A stretch of 64,000 nucleotides of DNA from the human T2T-CHM13v2.0 reference genome, Homo sapiens. A program made the position numbers and the translations under genes. Positions 50,621-64,000 of the stretch are shown piece by piece; position 1 is the first letter of the stretch, and each line of letters starts with the position of its first letter. Below the pieces are notes generated by a model. The model did not search any database. It worked only from the letters and a program-made list of their open reading frames with translations, and was not told where the DNA came from. Location of the stretch: assembly GCF_009914755.1 (NCBI RefSeq), contig NC_060925.1; one strand, given 5' to 3'.

Positions 50621-51201
50621 CATCCCTAGGTGAAATGGACAAGGTCGGACTGCCAGGAGAGCCAGAAGGAGGGTCTGGCTGCCTCAAAGTAGCCTGGGGG
50701 AAGAATCGAGAGGCAGCAAGCAATGGTCTGACTGTGTCTGGGTGTTGTGAGCTGGGCATTTTGCTGGAGAGTGTGTCCAAATGACAAACAGATCATACTT
50801 CAGTGCCCTCAATGCTTGTTCTAACTCTTGGCTAATGCTGCCCCTGGCAAGGGCACCTGTGGTCTCCAATCCCCTTGAGATGCTCACTGCCCAGACAGCA
50901 GGAACTTGCCTGGAGCAGCATGTTCCACACACTATGCAAGGGGAAGAAAAGCAGCCTCCTCTAAAATCCCTCGTGTAGATTCGGTTTGTAAACTCACACC
51001 TTCCAGGGGCCTGGGCTCCTGAGCGTTGAGAGTCTGAGTCGTGACTTGAGGCTCAGGTTTAGGGGCTGGTTGAGTGGTTAGGAGCCTCATGCCAAGGAGT
51101 ATGGGGTTTTTTGAGTCAGGCAGAGATGGGTTTGAGGTTCTTCTGACTATCATCATTTATTAACTTCTCTGAGACTCAGCTTTCTTATTTGTTAAATTGG
51201 A

Positions 51202-51492
51202 GGCTGGCCGTGGCAGCTCACACCTGTAACTGCAGCATTTTGGGAGGCTGAGGTGGGAGCATCCCTTGAGGCCAGGAGTTTAAAACTAGCCTGGGCAACA
51301 TAGTGAGACTGTCTCTACAAAAGATACAAAAATCAGTCAGGCGTGGTGGCTCATGCTTGTAGTCTCAGCTACTGGGGAGGCTAAGGCGGGAGGATTGCTC
51401 AAGCCCAGGAGTTGGAGATGGCAGTGAGCCATGATCTCATCACTGCACTCCAGCCTGGGCAACACAGCAAGACTCAGTTTCAATAAATTAAT
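51202..51492 (+). mobile_element. AluJ inserted in a MIR
   Basis: cttgaggccaggagtt...ctgggcaacatagtgagac...ggaggattgctcaagcccagg; flanks taaattgga/taaatagga. Confidence 0.9.
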
Positions 51493-51519
51493 AAATAGGA
51501 ATAATAATATCTACAGTGT

Positions 51520-52138
51520 GTGTCCTCTTAGTATCTTCTTCATCCTTTTGATGCCTGGATACCCCGCTCCCTCCATGCCATTCTCTCTTTAGGGAAGCAC
51601 TCACCACCTGCTCTTCAGACCACACAGTTCTGGCAGGATCACCAGTCACAGACCTGCCTTATCTCCTGAGATGGGAGTAAAGGGCCCAGGTTGGACCAGT
51701 CACAGTGTCTGTGCCCCACACTGTGATAGGTCTAAATGGCCAGCATGTGACTAGCCTGATTCCTTTCTGGGATTATAGAGAGGAATATTGGGAAAGAATA
51801 ACCCTGTCTTCCTTCTAGAGTCACTAAGTGAGATGATGTGAATTTGAAGTTGCCAATTGTTGTGATTCTCATTTCTCTCCATGCCTCCTCTTGAAGAAGT
51901 TCAGGAAAAAATGGAGAGAAAGTGCCTCCCACCAGAAGTCCAACAAGCAGAGGCAGCAGGAGGTGGGGAGGGGAGAAAGAGCAATCCAATGACCGAATTG
52001 GAGTTCCTGAATCCAGCTCTGTTTGAAGCTATTTGTCTCTATCTTTTCCAGTTCTATAAGCCATTACCTTTCCTATTTAGTGAAGCCAGTTTGAGTTGGA
52101 TCTTTGCATTTTCAACCAAGTACGCTCTAACTAATACA
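51520..52138 (+). mobile_element. MLT1K-like MaLR LTR inserted in the same MIR
   Basis: gagttcctgaatccagct...aagccagtttgagttgga...ctaactaataca; MIR 3' half resumes ~52140-52235. Confidence 0.7.
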
Positions 52139-52299
52139 TGTAATTCTTTATTATGTGATCAAGATTAAGTGAGATAATTTAAGTAAAGGGCTTAAAATAG
52201 CTCATAGTCCTTGTCCAGTAAACATTAGCTTCTACTATGGTTGCTCTTATAGTTCCTTGTCCATTCTATCCATCTCTGGCCTGTGAGTTTCTGTGACAC

Positions 52300-52625
52300 A
52301 TGACCTTTGCACCTGCTGTTGCCTCTGCCCAAAACACTCTTCTCAGCTCTTCACACAACTTCTCATCATTCAGGTCTTAGCACATCTGTTCCCTTTTTTG
52401 AGGGGCTCTTCCTGACCACCTACCTTTGACCTCCTCATCAATCACTCCCTGGGGCATGACCCAATATATTTCCCTCATCACAGGTTTCATACTCACTCAT
52501 TGGTGGTTTGTTCATTGTCTGTCTCCTCCAACCAGGCTGTGAGCTCCACGAGGGCAGGAGATATGTAGATGCTGTCACCTGCATGCCCCTGTGCTAAACA
52601 CAATGTCTGACATCTGCTAGGCATT
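52300..52625 (+). mobile_element. L2 3' fragment
   Basis: cctttgcacctgctgtt...tcattcaggtc...gctgtgagctccacgagggcagg. Confidence 0.75.
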
Positions 52626-52800
52626 TGTATCAGTCAGCTATTGCTGTGTAACAAACCAGCCCAAAACCTGGTGTTTAAAACAATGACAATGTACTCTCAC
52701 TCATGTAGCATATGGCTTGGTTGTGGTCAGTGGCTGTAGGGGCTGGGTTTGGCTGGATGGATCTTCAAGGTGCAGATTTGCCTGAGCTTGTCTCTTTGCT
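52626..52800 (-). mobile_element. MLT1 LTR 3'-end fragment
   Basis: tgtatcagtcagctattgctgtgtaacaaaccagcccaaaac...ttaaaacaa. Confidence 0.7.
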
Positions 52801-53055
52801 GTGTGCTGGGCTCACGCCTCCCATGTATGTTGCTGAGCCAGTGCTCCTGTAAAGTGCACAGCAGCACTAGCAAATCTAAGCCTGAATGACCTTAGCTACT
52901 TGAACCGCCTCTCGACCCTGAGCCAGGCTGCCTTCCCCATCCAGACTCTAGCCAGGCTCTAGGCTGGCCAGGCCCCACCATCAACAGCCTCTCCATGCCC
53001 AGGGCTGGCATGAAACACTGCCTGATCATCCCAGTCTGCTGAATTCTCACAGTGA

Positions 53056-54227
53056 GGGTGGCCTGAGTCAGCAGGAGCCCAGGAGCTGAGAACTTGTTTT
53101 AAGAGAAAGGAAACTTGTCTAAGCTCACCTCCTACTCTCTCCCTGGGGTGAGAAAAGGGAGCCTGCCCAGAAATGTCATTTTCTGCTAATTTCAAAGTGT
53201 ACATTGCACTTTGCTGGGCTGTTTATTCTCTTAATGCATTCTGTCTGAAAATAGCAGTCCCTTCCCTGAGACCCCAGTCCATGCCCAGTCCTGGGCAGTT
53301 AGAGAAACCCTGCTGCTCCAGCCTCTCCCTTGCAGAGTCTTTTGCTGTTCTCCATCCTCCCCAGCCCTCCCTGTCTGTGGTGCTGTCTCTTCTGCCTCTC
53401 CTCCCATCTCAGTCCTCAGCTTCCTCTAGTTCCTCTCATCTTTTTGCCTTCTCCTCTTTCAGATCTATCTTGAGAATGATCTGATTGCTGTGCAAAGATA
53501 AGAAATTTTCTGAGAACTTGACCAAAACGAGGCACTGAAGAACCCCTGCTTTGATTCAACCAACCCCTCCTGGGGTGCTTTGTGAACTGATGGCTTGGAA
53601 GCAGCCTGCGGTATCTGGGATCTATGACTCCCTCATTTTACAGATTAAAACCACTAACATCTGAGCTTCTCTAATCAGCTTCCAAAAAGTTTTTCCACCC
53701 ATTAGTACCCAGTATTTCATGGGATCCTTTGAGAAGCCTGTGAGTTTGGTTGGACAAATTTTACTATCATTCTAATCAGTGGAGGCCCAGAGAGGGGAAT
53801 TAACTAGCCCAGAATCAAGGAGAAAGTGAGAGGGAGAATTGCAACAAGAGCCCCTTAACTATGGCCCACACTTCCCATGATCTAATGGATGGAGAGAAGG
53901 TGGGAAGCTAGCGGGGTCCTGTCCCATTAGCCGACATTCTCCTCGTGCAACCCCTGAGCTTGAAGCAGCTATAGGGATAACCATATGTGTTGAGGACTGG
54001 TCCCTGTGTGTTGAGCAGTTTTCAGCACACAGTAGGGCTGCAGAAAACACTACTAAATGAATCAGTGCCTGACGAATCTACAAATGGTAGGGGTGGCCTG
54101 GGCTAGCAGAAGCTCAGGAGCTCAGAAAGCTTTGTCATGAAAAATAAAATGCATTGAAACTCTCCTCCCACCTCGCCCTCTCTCTGGAGTGGGAAGAGGA
54201 ACCTTCCCAGAAATGTCATTTTCTGCT
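53056..54227 (+). repeat. Diverged direct repeat pair (53056-53187 and 54091-54227)
   Basis: gggtggcctg...agca..agc.caggagct.agaa ... cccagaaatgtcattttctgct in both copies. Confidence 0.8.
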
Positions 54228-54889
54228 CTTCTGTAAACTGAACAGCCTCAGCTAGTACCGTATCACCCATCCCTCCCGTGTCTTTCCTATGGTCTCCCTC
54301 ACCCTCAAGGATGATTCCCGGCCGCTACCCTTCTCAAGCCTCACCCCAACTTCCTGGGCTCTCCTTTGCTGCCAGTCATCTGCCTCCTCTGATATTGGGG
54401 CAACGAGGCCATGAGGAATACACTCCTTTTCCCCTCTTGTGCTTCTTCCCCCATCCCAGGGTCAGGGGTGCCTGTCCTGGTGGAAATTCATCCCTCCAGC
54501 CAGTCTCTGGAGCCTCTCCCCTTCCTCCTCTGCAGGGTCAGCTCTCTCCAGCATCCTACCTCTCTCCCTCTCTGACCCTTTTCTTCTGTTCCTCCACCTC
54601 AGTTGCCCGAGGCTTCTGTCATCTAAGCTGCCCAAATCTCTCCCTTCCTCGGCCTTAAAACAAATCCTCCAGAGCTCTCCTGGCCCTCAAGATATTTCTT
54701 TCCTTCCTGTCATTGGCAATATCCTGCCTCCCATCCCCAGGTGACTCCAGCTGCCTGGATATGACACTCCCACGCCTGCTTCAGCTGAAAACTCTTACTT
54801 ATCCTTAGGTCCACTGAAAAGTCACCTGTTGGAGGAAACACTGCAGCAGATGCCGGTGCTACCCCACCGTGTCCCTTTGACCATCCTCA

Positions 54890-55318
54890 GTTGTCCTGCA
54901 GCAGTGGGATGTTTCTTGTACACTGACGGCCATTTTCTTCAAACGCTCCCTTCTCTCTTCTCCTTTGCCTTTGGGCTTGCTCTGGCACCACAACATCCAA
55001 GTGCAGGGCACTAAATGCATCCCGGGGACAACTCCTGAAATGTGGGGGATGAGATTCAGTGGACAAAGGCCCCAGCCTCCCCAGCCTCCAGGAGGACAGT
55101 CCTGAGGTGTGCTCCAGGGGGTTCCTCAGGGGCCCCCCGTGGGAGGGAGGAGCCCAGCTGTCCACACAGCTAGCCAATTATGAAGACACCCTCTGTTGGC
55201 TTTTCTCCTTTCCCTGCACTCCTTTACTTGTGCTTCCTGGAGTCACAAAATCCCTCCCCAAACCTGCAAACCCAAGTCCTTGTGTCAGGTCTGTTTTGGG
55301 GCACTCACTCTAAGATAG
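54890..55318 (+). mobile_element. LTR16A/B-like ERVL LTR
   Basis: tcagtggacaaaggccccagcctcc...gacagtcctgaggtgtgctc...cccaagtccttgtgtcaggtctgttttgggg...taaga. Confidence 0.75.
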
Positions 55319-58119
55319 ATGTCTTTCTCATCTACCCCTGCCCAAGGGAGTTAAGGGTTCCAATGTCTATTTGAGCACATGTCATGACAGTTTCCCTCCT
55401 GAGCAAGACTGGTCTCCTCAAGAATAAGGGAGAGCTCCTATTTCTCTGTGTCCCCATCATCCAGCAAATAGATAGTGCATAAATGTTTCTTGAGTGAGTG
55501 AGAAAGTGAATGCATAAACGAATGAGTGAATAACGAGTTGTGTCTCTGGGGTACCTAAGCCCAGGTGAACAAGTCCTGCAAAACAATTATGGATTTATGC
55601 CAATGTGCCTGGCCCTTTCAAAGCCAGCCTTCTCCTCCACATCAAAATGTCTATAAACTGTACACTCCATTCAACCCCAGCGGCCCTTCTCTTTGCCTTC
55701 CCATTCTACTATCCATAATGCAATCATCTGCATACTGCCAGGACAGCCTCCTGTTAGAAAAACTTTTCAGGCTCAGCAGGAGGTCCTGACTCTAGTTAAA
55801 TAAAGGTTAAAGAACAGAGGGAATTTCTATGATAATATGACATAAGTCAACGTGGCCTCCCAGAGAATGCCACTCCAGAGAGAGAGATTTTTCCTAGCTG
55901 GACTCCAGGGCTTATTCAGAAGTGCTCAGACAACTGCCTGTTCAGAGCTGATGAGAGCAGCCTGTGGAAATAGTCATTGAGACACATGAATTTATTGAGC
56001 CCATATATGTGCACTGGGGTTTCCAGCAAAAGGAATCAAATCATCGTAGAGGAATTAAAGTGGCTGCTGCCTGGCTGACATCACCTGAGTTGCGCAGACC
56101 ATAGAGGGCTTGGATCTCCTTGGGGAGATGAGATACTCTAAGCACATGTGGCATACGCTGGGAACTCTAATTCAATACCTGGTCCAGCAAAAATCATTCA
56201 TCAAATGAGAAAACTGAGGCTACATACACTGAGTCAGTGGCAGTCCTGGGACTCTAAGCCTGAATCCAGACAGCTTCTGTTCCACCCATGGCTTCTCTAA
56301 AGAACAAGCAGGGTGGGAATCATGCTGCAAAGACAAACAAACAAAACCTCGGACCTATTCACAGGCAATGTTCCCTATGGGGAACTAGAAATGCAGAGAC
56401 CTGAGATCTAACACTGGCCACCTTGCCAAGTTGCTTCCCTTCTCTTGGTCTCCTTCCTCATCTGTACAGGAAGAAGGTTCGTAATCTCTAAGGTTTCTTC
56501 TACCTGCAAAAAAAAAAAAAGTTACTCTGGGCCTCAGTTTCCCGTCTTTCAGGTGAGCATAATATTCAACTTCCCCAAATGCTGTGAAGATCATATGAGG
56601 TCCAGAAGCTCCTTGGCAGAGATGTGTGAAATAAACCCTGGAACAGTATTATCATGGCTCACCATGTACAGCAAGGTGATGCTTGGAGCACAGCCAGGGT
56701 CATGTCTGAACCGCTGGAAAGAGCCAAGGGGGAAACTGATATTAGTTTTCAGACAAGCAGTTCTAGAATCAGGGGAGAGGTTTCAGGCAGCGCTCTAGTG
56801 ATTGGAATCCCTGGAATGCTCCTTGTAGAATGAAGGGAGGCATCTTCAAGGCAAAATTTCCTTCACTGTCATGGCAATTTAGTTGGAATCACAGATCTCA
56901 GGCTGCCTGTCCAAGGGAGAGTTGGAAGCTCTGAGCTGTGGGCAGAGAACTGGTGGGAGTTGGGGGAATGAGAAGGAAAAATAAAGGAATATAAAGCAGG
57001 AGGCGCAGAAAGAGAATAGTACCCTCTCCATAGTACAAAATGCCAAAAGTATATTTCCTAGGGTCAGAAACACCTGAAATCAAATACCCCCATCATTCAT
57101 GAGTTAAATGATTGAGGAAAACTCACGCAAGCTTTCTAGACTTCAATTTTCATATCTGTAAAATAGGGAGAAAAAATGGTACCTCTCTCATAGGAATAAT
57201 GCTGGGAAATTACTTAGCATTATGTCTGGCCCAAGAAATTTCTAGCAGTGGTAGCAACAGAAGCAGGAATGGTTGCTTCAAATCTACAAAGCGATGTGTT
57301 TTTTAAAGAGGGGAGGAAGAATCCATATCACTGATAGTGGGGACAGGAGAAGAAAGGGCCATGTTTTGGGGGAGAGGCAGATGGGTTGGCTCAAATGAAT
57401 AAAACCTGAAGAGGCACAGATATCCAGGCCTTACAAGTGAAAGAATGCAGCTAACAGCTTTTTATTCTGTTAATGAGAGCAAAGATTATTCATGTCAGTC
57501 TAACAGCAATTATATTAGTGGGAGAACAGTTAAGAATCCATGTTCTAATGGTGGCTGTAATGAGTATTGTAATAAGAAACTCAAGGCAAATTTTATCTAG
57601 TAGATCAATCAAGAAGAAATTTAAATTGAGCATTATGAGTGAGTCATTGTCTTGTATGCAAAACAATGAGTGCAAATGTTAGAGCAACAGGAGAGGGGAA
57701 TTCACATGACTCAGCCTGACTGTGAATGACTTCCCAATGAGGTAAGCATTCAATCTCAAACAATGCTTCGAAGATGAATGACATTTCTAAAATTCCACAG
57801 AGAGTGAGTAGTGGAGCCTGGGCCCAAATTAGGTTCTGTCTGATACCAAAGCCCCACACACTTTTCAAAGTTGACTGACTTTGAGCCTTTGTCTATGACT
57901 GTCCCTGGCCTCCCTTGCCCAGCAAGACTGGGTACCAGAATGGCTCAGAACAAAGGAGTGTGGGCAACCATGACAGGGAAGGTCTCCTTCAATGATGATG
58001 GGCTATACAGAACAAATAACCAGGAGCTATAGTTTGCAAAGTGTACCAGGATTATATTTAAGATGGAGGGGAAAACCCACACACACTGTAATATGGAAGT
58101 TGTAAAATCTTTGTATTAA

Positions 58120-58290
58120 AGAGATTGTTCCTGGAAAGGCCCTTAAAGATCATCTGGTGCGGGCTCTCATTTAAAGATGAAGAAAATGAGGCCCAGATGA
58201 TGAAGTGACTTGTCCAAGGTCATGGCATGAGTAGTTGATAGGAGTCAAGGACCAGACCCGGATTTTTCTGATCTGTCCCTTGTGCCTTCC
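58120..58290 (-). mobile_element. MIR SINE
   Basis: gatgaagaaaatgaggcccaga...gtgacttgtccaaggtca. Confidence 0.75.
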
Positions 58291-58639
58291 CCACCATGGC
58301 CATGATGACAGTCTCTGGATGTTTGTAAATATGTGGCTGTCTAGACAACACGCTATGCAGAATAAATTAACTGGACCAGGTGACCTGTCATAACCTGTCA
58401 TGACCTGGGTTCCCCACGTGTCTTGACACCCATAGCCAGAAGACACCAGGTTCTTTCCTGGGCTTAAACAACGCAGACATCTCCCAACCCTTCTTCCCTG
58501 GGGGAGGCCTCTGTCCATGGTACTGAAACAGGATTCTTGCTGATGCGTTCTTGTGGTAAGTTCTGTATTCGGTTCCCACCCTTTGAGAGATGAATGAAGA
58601 CCAGATGGACCGAGTACTACTGAGGGCTGGGGAGTACAT

Positions 58640-58800
58640 TTTTTAAATCAATCTTATTATATTGTAATTTACAGGCAACAAAAAATTGACACATTTCTAA
58701 TGTGTAGGTCAAGTACTTTTGACAAATTTATACTTGTGTAGATATTATTCCAATCAAGATATGGAAAGTTCCTTCATGCCTCTTAGCCATCAACTTCTCT
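58640..58800 (-). mobile_element. L1ME-like 3' end fragment
   Basis: ttgtaatttaca...acatttc...tttgacaaatttata...caatcaagatat...gaaagttccttcatgcc. Confidence 0.6.
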
Positions 58801-60332
58801 CCACCGTTCTCTGTTCAGTATTGTAAGATATTATGGTATAGAACAAGCACAGTGGATGGTGAAACCATGGGAAGAAAACATGAGTGTCAGAGAAGTCTTC
58901 CCAGGGAGAATGAGCTTTAAGTTGAGACCAGATTGAATAGATGTCAGTCAGGCAAACAAGTGGTATAGAAGAGACTCTAGGTCTGTATTTTGGGTTGATG
59001 CCACTTATGCATCTAGGTGTTTTTAGCCTTGCTGCTTTGGAGAATAAGAATACCTCTTTACCTCTCTGGAATCACATCTCACTCAGATGCTATATTTTCA
59101 AGTCATCCAAACTCACAACTATGTCTGGGAAATATCAGCCAACACTTCTTCCCAAGGACCATGGTTTTATTCTTAACTGGCTACTCCAAATGAGAAAGGG
59201 GCAAAAGCATCCCCATCCACCCTCCACCCTGGGACACAGGGCATTGAGTTGGTCTGCTGAGAAGTGGAGAAAATCACATCTGTCACCATAGACACAAAAA
59301 GTCTTTTGGAAGAAAAGACCCAAAGTGGTTGCTGAGAAATTTAGAAGAAAGGTTGTAGATATATAATAACAAAATGTATGCATACACCAGAACATGCACA
59401 TAGAAGCACATTGACATGGCTACCCATATGCAGGTATGCATTACCACATACACACATGTGTGTACACCCTTTGTCTCACACCAAGTGAATAAACAGACTA
59501 AACATTTCATGATGCAATCCAGCTCTCTAAACTCCATAAACTCAGCTCCAGGTACAAGTAAACCACAGAGACTCAATAAAGCCATAAATTGTGAGTCAAG
59601 GCAGCCACTTGTATTTTGGGGTCCTCAGGTTCCTCAGTTATAAAATAGGAGCTGGAGTGGGTGAGGATAGGGATTGAATTGGATTGATTCCCTAAGGCCT
59701 TTACTAGTATCACTATAGAGGTTGGGACTTCCTCACCAGTAAAAAGTGAGTAACAATAGAATCTTTCTTGACAAGTTGCTGGAGGATTATATGTGAAATG
59801 TTTAGTGTCAGGCATGACAACTAAAAGGTGTTCAGCATGGGGAAGTTTATCATCATCAGCTAGGAAGCAGTTCTACCCTTCAACGGATGTGGTGATAGGG
59901 AGGAGACCAAGCTGCTGATACCAGTTCTGTTCTGATATGCTGTGTAGTTTAGAGAAAGTCCCTTCCCCTCTCTGAACCTCAGTTTTCTCATCTGTAAGAT
60001 GAAAGTGATTGGATAGGGTGATGGAAGGCCTATCCAATACTGACAGTTTTTTTTTTTTAACTCAAAGCTCAGCTTGTACTCTTAAACCTGTACCTCTTTT
60101 TGCCTTGTGTAAATCTCACCTCCTTTTCTCTCTTTCCTCCCTATTTGCTTTATCCCAAACTAATAGTGCCATTCAGGGCTTCTGTCATCTGTGCTGGGAA
60201 CAGGCCCCTTATCCCTGATGAGCTCTGGCTACTGCCTTGCCAGAGGCATCAGTGAAGGCTCCCAGGGCAACCAATTAAATGGTTGTTGTCAAGGAAACCC
60301 TTGCAACTCTCCAGATATTTTTCCCCTCAACA

Positions 60333-64000
<3,668 letters not shown>

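Overview
Primate, most likely human, non-coding genomic DNA; AluY, AluS and AluJ copies are present. I cannot place the locus from sequence alone. I found no credible protein-coding exon chain, CpG island, RNA gene or microbial-type system. The supplied ORFs come from repeats, low-complexity tracts, a VNTR or chance. Much of the window is old repeats: MIR, L2, L3, MaLR LTRs (MLT1, MST, THE1), ERVL LTRs (MLT2, LTR16, LTR33, LTR47), hAT elements (MER1A, MER81, MER102, MER5), L1M fragments and nine Alus. Main points of interest: (1) a nest at ~40.7-42.0 kb, where an old ERVL-type LTR carries a decayed piece of APOA4 coding sequence and is interrupted by a 3'UTR-only PTMA retrocopy; (2) an internally deleted ERVL provirus at ~33.4-37.35 kb with readable protease and RT remnants and two nested insertions; (3) an old ~135-bp direct duplication (53.06 and 54.09 kb) that keeps an identical 22-bp core; (4) a 31-bp x ~18 minisatellite, a (CA)10(CG)10 Z-DNA tract and a 290-nt polypyrimidine tract; (5) several AT-rich, repeat-free islands that look like developmental enhancers; (6) a few candidate + strand exons. 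Family names and homologies come from recalled consensus sequences, not searches. Boundaries of old repeats are approximate, to within tens of bp.
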